From an uncultured Oscillospiraceae bacterium (GTDB lineage: Bacteria > Bacillota > Clostridia > Oscillospirales > Ruminococcaceae): DNA of 63,275 nt. Positions 31,289 through 40,192 of the stretch are shown piece by piece; the first letter of the stretch is position 1; every line of letters starts with the position of its first letter. Below the pieces are notes generated by a model. It saw only the letters and a list, made by a program, of their open reading frames with translations. It had not been told where the DNA came from and did no database searches. Where the stretch lies: assembly GCA_949291395.1 (NCBI GenBank), contig CASEVW010000117.1, forward strand, positions 1 through 63,275, written 5' to 3'. Position numbers and translations under genes: made by a program.

Positions 31289-31500
31289 GGCAGCTTTCTC
31301 ATACCGCCTCATTTTGCAAGCATATTCCATCCGCCAAGCATCTGCTCCTCTTTATCACAATAACACCAATTTTTCCCAATCGGCCACGATCTTTTGAAAG
31401 GTTTCACCAGATCGTGACGGATTTTCCATTTCATATCGCAGAACCTATATCAAATCGCAAGATACCCGAATGGCGTCCCGGAAATGCACTCCGCAAAAAT

Positions 31501-31537
31501 AAAAAAGCCTCAAAAACAACTGTGTTTGAGGCTTTTT
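31501..31537. terminator. Terminator downstream of tRNA-Ser
   Basis: AAAAAGCCTCAAA...TTTGAGGCTTTTT. Confidence 0.8.
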
Positions 31538-31626
31538 GGCGGAGAGTTAGGGATTCGAACCCTAGGTCGGTTTTACCCGACACGAAATTTCGAGTTTCGC
31601 ACCTTCGACCACTCGGACAACTCTCC
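31537..31626 (-). tRNA. tRNA-Ser(CGA)
   Basis: GGAGAGTTGTCCGAGTGG...CGAAA-CT-CGA-AA-TTTCG, long variable arm, GGTTCGAATCC, ends GCCA; TTGACG-17-TATAAT promoter at 31646-31674. Confidence 0.95.
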
Positions 31627-31726
31627 ATATTCACTTGTATTGTTTATTATAGCAAATTCCCGGCGGCTCGTCAATTTGAAATTGCGCGCCGCCGGGAATT
31701 TTTCTTCCATTTTTGGGGCCTGCCGC

Positions 31727-32806
31727 TTACCCGATCAAACTCCAGTGCTTCTCCACCTGGTTCAGCACCTCGCAGCCGTCCGCCGTCACCAGCACCAGGT
31801 CCTCCACCCGCGCGCCAAACTCGCCGGGCAGGTAGATCCCCGGCTCGATGGAAAAAACCATCCCTTCCTTGGCCACGGCGGTGTTGGCGCTGCTCACGTC
31901 ACCCTTTTCATGGTCGGTCTGGCCGATGAAATGCCCCAGCCGGTGGGTGAAATACTCCCCGTAGCCTTCCGCCGCGATCAGGTCCCGGGCGGCGGCATCC
32001 AGGTCGCACAACCGCACCCCCGGCTTCACCAGGGCTTCCGCCGCCTCGTTGGCCCGACGCACCAGGTCATGCAGGGCGGCGTGTTTCGGGTCCGCCGTTT
32101 TGCAGAAATAGGTGCGGGTCATATCCGAACAATATCGCTGCCGGCGGCCGCCGATGTCCAGCACGATGCAGTCCCCGGCTTTCAGGCGGGTATCGTCCGG
32201 CATATGGTGGGGGTCCGCCGCGTTGGCCCCAAAGGAGACGATGGGCGCAAAGGACACATCCTCACAGCCAAGCTCCTTGAACTGGGCCCGGATGTACGCT
32301 TCCCCTTCCCGCTCGGTCATCCCCTCTTTCAAAAAGGCCGCCGCCCGGCGCATCACCTGGTCGTTGATGCGGCTGCTCTCCCGCATCAGCTGCTGTTCCG
32401 TCTCGTCCTTGCAGGCCCGGGCATCGTCCACGCAGTCCGAGGCCAGGCGGCACTCCATGCCGGGGCAGGCCTGCATCAGCGGCAGCAGAAAGCGGGCGGG
32501 CCACTCCTTGTCGATGCCCAGGGGCTTTGTTTTGTCCACCTTTTCGGCGATCATGCCCACGCCGTCGTCGGTGTCGGTCATCCACACCGTCTCACAGGGC
32601 GGCTGGGGCACGTGGAACAGCTTATTCAAGAACAGGATGTTCCCGCCGTTTTTCCGCAGATACAGCGCAAACAGCCGCTCAAAGGGCTCCACGTCCACCC
32701 CGGTCAGATACCAGATGCTGCTAGGGTCCGAGACGATCATCTGTTCCAGCCCCTGGCACTCCATCGCTTCCAGCACGTTCTGGACTCTTGCCTGATACCG
32801 TTCCAT
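31727..32806 (-). CDS. M24 Xaa-Pro aminopeptidase/dipeptidase
   Basis: DPHH, LDIG, YCSDMTRT, HRLGH, SIEPGIY, RVED. Confidence 0.92.
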   Translation of the reverse strand: MERYQARVQNVLEAMECQGLEQMIVSDPSSIWYLTGVDVEPFERLFALYLRKNGGNILFLNKLFHVPQPPCETVWMTDTDDGVGMIAEKVDKTKPLGIDKEWPARFLLPLMQACPGMECRLASDCVDDARACKDETEQQLMRESSRINDQVMRRAAAFLKEGMTEREGEAYIRAQFKELGCEDVSFAPIVSFGANAADPHHMPDDTRLKAGDCIVLDIGGRRQRYCSDMTRTYFCKTADPKHAALHDLVRRANEAAEALVKPGVRLCDLDAAARDLIAAEGYGEYFTHRLGHFIGQTDHEKGDVSSANTAVAKEGMVFSIEPGIYLPGEFGARVEDLVLVTADGCEVLNQVEKHWSLIG

Positions 32807-32809
32807 CTT

Positions 32810-34063
32810 TCAGTTCCCCTTTCCGCCGATCACCCGGCGCACCAGCGCCTCGCCGACCACCTGTTTTACGATCTTCACGCCGGTCTGCAGCGACTGCACC
32901 GGCACAAATTCAAACCGGCCGTGGGCGTTGTGCCCGCCGGTGGGCAAGTTGGGGCACAAAAGCCCCTTATAGGTGAGCATGCAGCCGTCGGTGCCGCCCC
33001 GCACCGGCATGTGGGTGGGCTGGGCGATGCCCCCCGCCTTCATGGCCTCCTCCGCCAGGGTCACGATCTCCATATGGTCCTTGAGGATCTCCCGCATGTT
33101 GTAATACTGGTCGGTCACCTCCAGCTGGACCGTGCCCTCGCCCCAGCGCCGGTCGATCTGCCGGGCAGTCTTTTCCAGCAGGGCCTTGCGCTCCTGGAAC
33201 CGCTCCATGGAATGGTCCCGGATGATGTAGACCATCCGGGCCTGCTCGCACCGGCCCTCCATCTCCTGCAGATGGAAAAAGCCCTCATAACCCTCGGTGT
33301 GCCGGGGCGTTTCCAGCGGCGGCAGCAGGCTGTTCAGTTCCATGGCGATGAGCAGGGCGTTGCGCATCTTGTCCTTGGAGCTGCCGGGGTGGATGCTGAA
33401 CCCGTTCACCGTCACCACCGCCTGGGCGGCGTTGAAGGTCTCGTATTCGTAGTCGGTGATCTCGCCGCCGTCCACGGTGTAGGCGAAGTCCGCCCCAAAG
33501 CCTTCCACGTCAAAATTGCTGGCCCCTTTGCCGATCTCCTCGTCCGGGGTGAAGCCGATGCAGACAGCCCCATGGGGCGCGTTTTCTGCCAGCAGCTCCT
33601 CCACCGCCCGCATGATGATGGCCACGCCGGCCTTGTCGTCCGCCCCCAGCAGGGTGGTGCCGTCGGTGCAGATCAGGTCCTGCCCCTGATACTTGGCAAG
33701 ATCCGGGAAGTCCTCCTGGCGCATCACGATCCCCTGTTCCGAGTTGAGGACCACGTCCCCGCCCTGGTAATGGATGATCTGGGGCTTCACGTTTTTGCCG
33801 GTCAGATCGGGGCTGGTGTCCATGTGGGCGATCAGGCCGATGGCGGGCAGATCCTCGCAGCCGGGCGTGGCCGGGATCTTGCCGTACACATAGCATTTTT
33901 CGTCCACGAAGGCATTCTCCACGCCCAGCTCTTTTAGTTCGTTCACCAGCATCCGGGCCAGGTCGAACTGGCAGTCGGTGCTGGGGGTGTCCGGCCGGCC
34001 ATAGGGGTCGCTTTCGGTGAAGGTCTCGGCGTACCGGATGAAACGGGATACCACATCATTCAT
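32810..34063 (-). CDS. pepT: Peptidase T
   Basis: AHMDTS, LGADDKAG, PDEEIG, YETFNAA, RGGTDG, NAHGRFE. Confidence 0.95.
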   Translation of the reverse strand: MNDVVSRFIRYAETFTESDPYGRPDTPSTDCQFDLARMLVNELKELGVENAFVDEKCYVYGKIPATPGCEDLPAIGLIAHMDTSPDLTGKNVKPQIIHYQGGDVVLNSEQGIVMRQEDFPDLAKYQGQDLICTDGTTLLGADDKAGVAIIMRAVEELLAENAPHGAVCIGFTPDEEIGKGASNFDVEGFGADFAYTVDGGEITDYEYETFNAAQAVVTVNGFSIHPGSSKDKMRNALLIAMELNSLLPPLETPRHTEGYEGFFHLQEMEGRCEQARMVYIIRDHSMERFQERKALLEKTARQIDRRWGEGTVQLEVTDQYYNMREILKDHMEIVTLAEEAMKAGGIAQPTHMPVRGGTDGCMLTYKGLLCPNLPTGGHNAHGRFEFVPVQSLQTGVKIVKQVVGEALVRRVIGGKGN

Positions 34064-34124
34064 TGCTGCTCACTCCTTTTTTGAAAAAGCAGAGCAGCGC
34101 CGTCGCTGGCGCTGCCCTTTCACG

Positions 34125-35534
34125 TTATGCTTCAGCGTACAGGTCCTCCAGGCCATGCCCCTTGCCGGGCTTGGTCACAGCGGACACCAGCAGGATCGCC
34201 AGAATGGAGGCAGGCACCGCCACGATGGCGCATTGCAGCCCGCCCGGCGTGCCCAGCACCGTCCAGAGGATAGTCACCGCGCCGCCGGCCAGAATGCCCG
34301 CCAGGCCGCCCGCAGGGGTGACCTTTTTGGAAAATAGGGCGAACAGGATGGCCGGGGTGATGGCCGCGCCATACATGGTGTAGGCAGTCAGCTGCAAGGT
34401 GAGCACGGTGGGGAAATACAGCGTCAGGCAGACGGCGATCAGGCTAAACACCACCATGGTGGCCCGCATCACCAGCATTTTCTGCTGGTCGGTGGCGTCC
34501 TTTTTCAGGTACTTGACGAAGATGTCGTTGGTCAGGTTGGTGGAGGCGGACAGCAGGTAGGAGTCCGCCGTGGTGACGATAAACGCCATGCAGGCGCACA
34601 TCAGGATCGCGCCGAACACAAAGGGCAGGTAATCCATGCTCAGCTGGAACACCACATTGGAGGGAGTCTCCAGGCTGGGATACAGCTTGCAGCCCTGCAC
34701 CACGAACAAAATGGTCAGCACGATGACCACCATCTCGCCGATGAACATGCCGATGTTGGACTTTTTGGCTTCCTCGCTGTTTTTGGCGGAAGCGAACCGC
34801 TGCAGCATATTTTGGTCGCCCAGCATCAGGGCGATGGGCGGGATAAAGTAGCCCAGCAGGGTGGCGGCGGACATGCCGCCGGTGAGGGTGAGCTTTTCCG
34901 GCGGGATCACGGCGCCTGCCTGGTTCGCGGCCCCGATCAGCAGGGGCACCGCCAGCGCAAAGCCGCCGATCATCAGCAGGGCGCTCACCGCATCGGAATA
35001 GGCCACCGAGACCAGGCCGCCGCCCACGGTGATGACCAGGATGACCAGGGCACAGATGGCCAGTGCAGTGCCCTGGCTCAGCTGGACGCCGCTGGAGGCG
35101 CAGAGCATGAGCAGGATGTCCGCCGCAGCCTTCAGCTGGGTGGCCAACACGCCCACATAGGCCAGCATGATGCACAGGGCCGCCAGGATGCTGGCGCCGC
35201 TGCCGTAGCGGGCCTCCATGATCTCCGGGATGGTGACCTTATTGGACCGGCGCACCTTGCCTGCGATAAAATACAGCAAAATAATGCCGATGGGCGGGGC
35301 AGCGTAAGCGATGGCGCCCACCCAGGGGCCGCCGGAATAGATGATGCCGGCGGTGCCGGTGATGCCGCCTCCGCCGCACCAGGTGGCCAGCAGGCTGCCC
35401 ACCAGGATGATGAACGGGATGCGATGCCCGCCAGTAACCATATCGTCGGCGGTCTTGACCTTTTTGTGGGCAACGATCAGGCCGTACAGCACAAGGGCGG
35501 CCAGATAGATGCCGATGAATACAAGATAACCCAT
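34125..35534 (-). CDS. Sodium:solute symporter family protein
   Basis: SLLATW.GGG, TIPEI...RYG, DQNMLQRF, TTADSYLL; TTGACA-17-TATCAT promoter at 35614-35642. Confidence 0.9.
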   Translation of the reverse strand: MGYLVFIGIYLAALVLYGLIVAHKKVKTADDMVTGGHRIPFIILVGSLLATWCGGGGITGTAGIIYSGGPWVGAIAYAAPPIGIILLYFIAGKVRRSNKVTIPEIMEARYGSGASILAALCIMLAYVGVLATQLKAAADILLMLCASSGVQLSQGTALAICALVILVITVGGGLVSVAYSDAVSALLMIGGFALAVPLLIGAANQAGAVIPPEKLTLTGGMSAATLLGYFIPPIALMLGDQNMLQRFASAKNSEEAKKSNIGMFIGEMVVIVLTILFVVQGCKLYPSLETPSNVVFQLSMDYLPFVFGAILMCACMAFIVTTADSYLLSASTNLTNDIFVKYLKKDATDQQKMLVMRATMVVFSLIAVCLTLYFPTVLTLQLTAYTMYGAAITPAILFALFSKKVTPAGGLAGILAGGAVTILWTVLGTPGGLQCAIVAVPASILAILLVSAVTKPGKGHGLEDLYAEA

Positions 35535-35760
35535 GAAATTCTCCCCTCTTTTAGAACAGCGGGGGGTTGTTCCGCAAGATGCCCGCTGCCCAAAAACAAA
35601 AATATACTCTTCTATGATAAAGCGTCCGACGAGCGCTGTCAATGCGGGCGGCCAAAAGCCGCTCCTGCAGGGCGTTTTTCGCCCGGATCTTTGATGCATA
35701 CAAAAGCCGGGGCCACCTTATTATGGCCTCGGCTTTTCTTGCGTCATCTGCTTAGAAACA

Positions 35761-36543
35761 TCAAAACGGAACGCCAAATCGAGAAAACCGCCAGCCGTCC
35801 TCCCCCCGTTCCAGCGAGATCTCATAAGTATATGTATCGGTAAACAAGCCTTGTTTGAAGCCCTCCTGCACGACCGGAGAGGCCTGCTCATCCACCGCAT
35901 AGGTGGCGGTCACCTGAATGTCGATCTGATCGGGCGTTTCGTTCAACAGCGTAAAGTCCATGGCCGTAGTATCCTGGTCATAGCGCGGGTCATAGCCTCG
36001 TTCCGTTGACAAATAGTACATTTGCCCATCCACCGAGCAAAAATAAAGAACGCCATCGGAGCTGAGATACGAATTTTCCAAGTAATCCTCAGTAAAAATG
36101 CTCTGAAGGGTATCATAAAAAAGATCCCAGCTTTGGTAGCGGTTCAATGCCGGATGGTATTCCTGGCCGCCCAACACCACCGACTCTTGATACGTCTTGG
36201 AGGTGTCCGGCGTTTCGCAGGGGAAGCGATCGGGATCATCGATCACATATGTCCCAATCCGGATCAGCTCCATTTTATAGGCGCGCAAATAGAGCAGCTG
36301 CTGCTCTTCCGTCAAAAAAGCCGGAACAGGGACCTGCTTGTCCTTTTCAGACAGTGGCGGTTCTAGCGATGCCTGATCCGCATTTTCGGTCTCCTCTTTC
36401 AGCGGCTCAGAAGAAGACACCGAGGAGGCATTGCCTTCTGATTGACTTGTTGATCCTGCCGGTGTGGTGCCAATGGTGCAGCCAGCCAGAAAAACGGCAC
36501 ACCATACAGCCATAAGGACTATTTTACCATAGGAATATTTCAC
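35761..36543 (-). CDS. Lipoprotein, possibly IseA (DL-endopeptidase inhibitor)-like
   Basis: Lipobox LAGC, S-rich linker, L.SIFT.DY...DGQMYY...GWRF pattern; AT-richer than flanks. Confidence 0.55.
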   Translation of the reverse strand: MKYSYGKIVLMAVWCAVFLAGCTIGTTPAGSTSQSEGNASSVSSSEPLKEETENADQASLEPPLSEKDKQVPVPAFLTEEQQLLYLRAYKMELIRIGTYVIDDPDRFPCETPDTSKTYQESVVLGGQEYHPALNRYQSWDLFYDTLQSIFTEDYLENSYLSSDGVLYFCSVDGQMYYLSTERGYDPRYDQDTTAMDFTLLNETPDQIDIQVTATYAVDEQASPVVQEGFKQGLFTDTYTYEISLERGEDGWRFSRFGVPF

Positions 36544-36705
36544 TTCGACATTCCTCCTTGCATGGATCTGTTCCTTATTTAATATATCACATTATCTAAC
36601 AAACAGAGTATGATTTCTGTTTCCTTTCGCCCGAGAGTCCCTGCGAGGTGAATCCGAGCGGCTAAAGGCCGCGAAGGGTGAGCCCGCCCCGCAGGGGGAA
36701 ATGTG

Positions 36706-36748
36706 CCAAAAGAAAAAGGCACCCACTTTGTTGGGTGCCTTTTTCTTT

Positions 36749-36751
<3 letters not shown>
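36706..36751. terminator. Long hairpin terminator at the tRNA-Lys 3' end
   Basis: CCAAAAGAAAAAGGCACCCA-ctttgt-TGGGTGCCTTTTTCTTTTGG perfect 20-bp stem. Confidence 0.8.
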
Positions 36752-36812
<61 letters not shown>

Positions 36813-36862
36813 TTACGACCACACTTAGCTCAGGGCAGCTATTCAGCTGTTTTTGCGTGAAA

Positions 36863-38593
36863 TTAAGCCACATTTCCGTCTGTGGCGTTTCTTAGAGAAT
36901 TTTCGCTGGTTTCTTCTGTCTGGCACAATTCCAGGAACTGCTTGTAGGTCAGTTTCACATGGACGTTCACCTGATAACCTTTGCCCACTTCCACCTTTTC
37001 CAGCAGTTCGCTCAGGATCATCCGCTTGCGAGCAAGGGGCGCCAGTTCAAATTCCTCAGCCCAGCCGCAAAACTGTCGGTAGCACTCCTTGATCTTCTGC
37101 GTGAGTTCGCGGTCATCTTCCGCTTCCTGCAGAACTTTTGCGTACTCCTGTCGCGCAGCCCGCAGCTCTGCTTCCGCCTTGGCGATCAGGCGAGCCAGCA
37201 TTTCCTGTGAGAATCCGCTTTCGCCATCGAGGCATCGCAGCACTTCTGCTTCGTATCTCTCCAGCGCATGTTCGCAGTCCTGCAACTTCTTTTCCAAGGT
37301 TGCCTTCTGCTTACGCTTGTCCTGATATTCCTGCCGAATCTTCTGTTCCAGCAGCTTATCCCGCGGCGCACGACGGATCGAAGCGAACAGTTCTCGCACT
37401 ACTTCCAGCACGATCCCGTCCACCCGATCTGCCAAGTACAGCGCCTGGCCGTCGCAATCCCGAAGTTTCTGTGCCCTCTGATAGCAGTTGTACTTGGGCT
37501 TCAGGGATTCTTTCACCGTGCCGTCCCTCAACTTATAGCGGTCATGATGCATGAACCCAGACATCTTGGCTCCGCAGTGTGCGCAGTAGACGAGCCCGGC
37601 CAGCAAGGTATTGTTATCCGACTTGTGAGCCACCTTGCGAGCTTCGGCGTTTGCGGTACATCTCATATCTACCATTTCGTTGGCTTTTTGGAACAGCTCC
37701 GGGCTTATGATCTCCAGTTCCGGCAGGTGCTGCGATCTGACGCTGCGGGTAACGATATACCCAAGGTATCCCTCATGACGCAAGATTCGCAGCACATGAA
37801 CCGGAGTAAATTTCGCTCCACTGTGGGTACGCAACCCTCGGTTGTTCAGCATCTCCGCCAGCGCGTAGGCGCTTTTCCCTTCATAGGCTGCCAGCTCAAA
37901 CAGTTCCTGTACAACGGGTGCCTCCGCCGGGTCGACTTCGAGGTCCTTTACAGGCTGCCCCTTTTTGTTCACTCGGCCCTTATGCACTGCCCGATAACCA
38001 TAGGCCACCGTGCCTCCGCTGTAATGACCGCTGGAATTGAGCTGCTGAATGCGTGTTGCCACCCGTTCTGCGATTTTTTCCGACTCTCCTGCTGCCTGCC
38101 AAAAGCGGATGTAGTTGATGAGCTTGTCAGTATGGCTGTCGATCCTTTGCTGTCCCTCGCGGGTGCTCCAGACCTCTACGCCGTGCTTCACAAACCATTC
38201 CACCACATACGGTGTTTCACTTTCAATGCGGCCAAGGCGGTCGAAGAGGAATACCAGCAGGATATCAATGTTCCCTTTTTCCGCTTCTGCTTTCAACTCC
38301 TGAATGGCATCTCGTTTGGTTGCGGATACTTTTGATCCCGAAACGCCTTTCTCTGCTTTTTCCAGCACCACGCGCCAGCCATGCTGTGCGCAGAATTTCC
38401 GGCACTCGATTTTCTGCATCGGGATATCGTCATGATCCACCTGCCCTTTGGTCGACACACGGTAGGCGAGTCCCGCGCGCGGCGCATCGGTCGGCAGTTT
38501 GGCCATCTCCCTTGCAAAAAACTCATCATTGAGCCATATCTCATCGCTTGCTGAGATTTGGACGGATTCTCCGAATTGATTGGTATACTTCAC
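36863..38593 (-). CDS. Large serine recombinase (integrase)
   Basis: YRVST catalytic Ser, FDRLGR, YGY recombinase domain, CAHCG...YNC...C zinc ribbon, coiled coil; GTG start after AAGGAGG. Confidence 0.95.
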   Translation of the reverse strand: MKYTNQFGESVQISASDEIWLNDEFFAREMAKLPTDAPRAGLAYRVSTKGQVDHDDIPMQKIECRKFCAQHGWRVVLEKAEKGVSGSKVSATKRDAIQELKAEAEKGNIDILLVFLFDRLGRIESETPYVVEWFVKHGVEVWSTREGQQRIDSHTDKLINYIRFWQAAGESEKIAERVATRIQQLNSSGHYSGGTVAYGYRAVHKGRVNKKGQPVKDLEVDPAEAPVVQELFELAAYEGKSAYALAEMLNNRGLRTHSGAKFTPVHVLRILRHEGYLGYIVTRSVRSQHLPELEIISPELFQKANEMVDMRCTANAEARKVAHKSDNNTLLAGLVYCAHCGAKMSGFMHHDRYKLRDGTVKESLKPKYNCYQRAQKLRDCDGQALYLADRVDGIVLEVVRELFASIRRAPRDKLLEQKIRQEYQDKRKQKATLEKKLQDCEHALERYEAEVLRCLDGESGFSQEMLARLIAKAEAELRAARQEYAKVLQEAEDDRELTQKIKECYRQFCGWAEEFELAPLARKRMILSELLEKVEVGKGYQVNVHVKLTYKQFLELCQTEETSENSLRNATDGNVA

Positions 38594-38873
38594 TGCCCTG
38601 TCCTCCTTGTAGGTCATGCCTGCAATTCGGACCGGTCCTATTCTTTTTTCAAGGTTCTGCTGAGGAGGTATAGCCTCCCCTCACTACAACACTACCCTAT
38701 ACAGTAAAGGAAAGCTATCACCAAAACGGAGAATCACCTCTTTTCAGACTGGCAAAAATGCAGCATATTACACCTACCTGAAATAAGAAAAAGGCCGTCC
38801 AACTGGATATTGGACAGCTTTTCCTTTAATACATATTTATATGTCACTCGCTTGCGGCAGTTCTCTCAGACAT

Positions 38874-39083
38874 TCAGCTTTCTCCGCCTTTTAGATACTC
38901 AATCAGTTCTCCCGGCTGACACTCCATGATCTCGCACAATTTCCCCAGCGTTTCCGTTGTTACCGGCTTATCATGCCGAATACGTTGCAGCGTTTGTGCA
39001 TCGATTCCTTCATTTGCCAAGCGGTAGAAGGAAATCTTCTTTTGTTCCATAAGCTGCCGCATTGGTCGAAATGAAATCGGCAT
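38874..39083 (-). CDS. Cro/C1-type (HTH_26) regulator
   Basis: ISF.PM..LM...TLQRIR...VTTETL.KLC....CQPGELIEY. Confidence 0.88.
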   Translation of the reverse strand: MPISFRPMRQLMEQKKISFYRLANEGIDAQTLQRIRHDKPVTTETLGKLCEIMECQPGELIEYLKGGES

Positions 39084-39115
39084 TGCATCACCCCACTGAA
39101 AATATTATAGGGGTC

Positions 39116-39157
39116 TTGCTTTGCTCCTATATAGTGACTATAATCACTATATAGGAG
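39116..39157 (+). promoter_or_regulatory. SLOG-gene promoter embedded in a perfect 14-bp inverted repeat
   Basis: TTGCTT(39116)-17-TATAAT(39139); CTCCTATATAGTGA-ctataa-TCACTATATAGGAG at 39124-39157 also covers the RBS. Confidence 0.75.
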
Positions 39158-39166
39158 TGATACCGT

Positions 39167-39604
39167 ATGACCGTAACATTTTGCGGACACCGATCCATTG
39201 AGCAGTCGCTTCAAGTATCAAACTGGTTACGCGATATCGTTCGAACTCTTATCCTGCAAGGCGCAAACACCTTTCTTCTTGGCGGATATGGAGCGTTTGA
39301 TTTATTGGCCGCTCGCGTTGTGCGTGATTTGAAAGCTGAATTCCCCTCTATTGAATCCACATTAGTCATTGCCTATCTCACTACAGACAATGATCCATTG
39401 CTGTATGACAACACCTTATATCCTCCTCTGGAAAATGTTCCGTTTCGTTATGCCATCTCCCACAGAAATCGATGGATGGTCGAACAATCCGATATTGTTG
39501 TAGCATTCGTAAAACATAGTTGGGGTGGCGCTGTCACCACCTTGAATTACGCCAAACGCAAAGGCAAGGTTATTATTGAATATTCTCATACAGCAATTCC
39601 GTAA
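39167..39604 (+). CDS. SLOG superfamily (YspA/DUF1273-like) protein
   Basis: TFCGHR, GGYGAFD, RNRWMVEQSD, GGA..T..YA. Confidence 0.8.
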   Translation: MTVTFCGHRSIEQSLQVSNWLRDIVRTLILQGANTFLLGGYGAFDLLAARVVRDLKAEFPSIESTLVIAYLTTDNDPLLYDNTLYPPLENVPFRYAISHRNRWMVEQSDIVVAFVKHSWGGAVTTLNYAKRKGKVIIEYSHTAIP

Positions 39605-39605
39605 T

Positions 39606-39785
39606 TCACCGTGAGTCTTTCTCCATACGGCAGCGATACACCTGCATAATGGCATCCAAAACATTTTGCGGTGCATTGGGGCACTCCACTGCCGCAAAGC
39701 ATATCTTGGCCTGATAGGGTCCATACTGCCGCTCCAGCACCACTGCTTCCGGCGAGCTGCTCTCTGTTTTTGGCGTTTTTACCAT
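39606..39785 (-). CDS. 59-aa hypothetical protein (not in the ORF track)
   Basis: MVKTPKTESSSPEAVVLERQYGPYQAKICFAAVECPNAPQNVLDAIMQVYRCRMEKDSR; ATG overlaps the upstream stop. Confidence 0.6.
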   Translation of the reverse strand: MVKTPKTESSSPEAVVLERQYGPYQAKICFAAVECPNAPQNVLDAIMQVYRCRMEKDSR

Positions 39786-40192
39786 GGGAGCTCACATCCT
39801 CTCTGCAATGCCCGCTTGCGCAGAGGTCGTTCCAGCCCACGGATGCTCAGTTCATAACGCAGGTCGGTCCTGGCCGTTATCAGAACAGCGTCATGATCCT
39901 GCAAAAAACACAAGATACGAAACAAGGTCTTGTTATCATGGCTGAAGCGTGAGAGGTCTCCTATCATAACAGTATTCGCACTTCCTCTGCGTACTGTGTC
40001 CATCATGGCTTTCAGGCCCACACGATGAAGATTGCGCCCGTCAGCTTGATCCTGAGATGCCCCGACTACAATATATCCCCGCTGTTCCGCTTCTTCCAAG
40101 AGCTCACTTACCTGCGTAAATAATACCGTGCTGTTCTGACTTCTGCTGCGTCCGTAGATCCAGACTGTGCATACTCTTTTTCGTTCAGGCAT
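39779..40192 (-). CDS. Stand-alone resolvase N-terminal domain protein with degenerate active site
   Basis: VWIYGRSR (vs YxRVS), R.GL..MM, DLSRFSH (vs DLSRLGR); AGGAGG RBS. Confidence 0.75.
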   Translation of the reverse strand: MPERKRVCTVWIYGRSRSQNSTVLFTQVSELLEEAEQRGYIVVGASQDQADGRNLHRVGLKAMMDTVRRGSANTVMIGDLSRFSHDNKTLFRILCFLQDHDAVLITARTDLRYELSIRGLERPLRKRALQRGCELPW

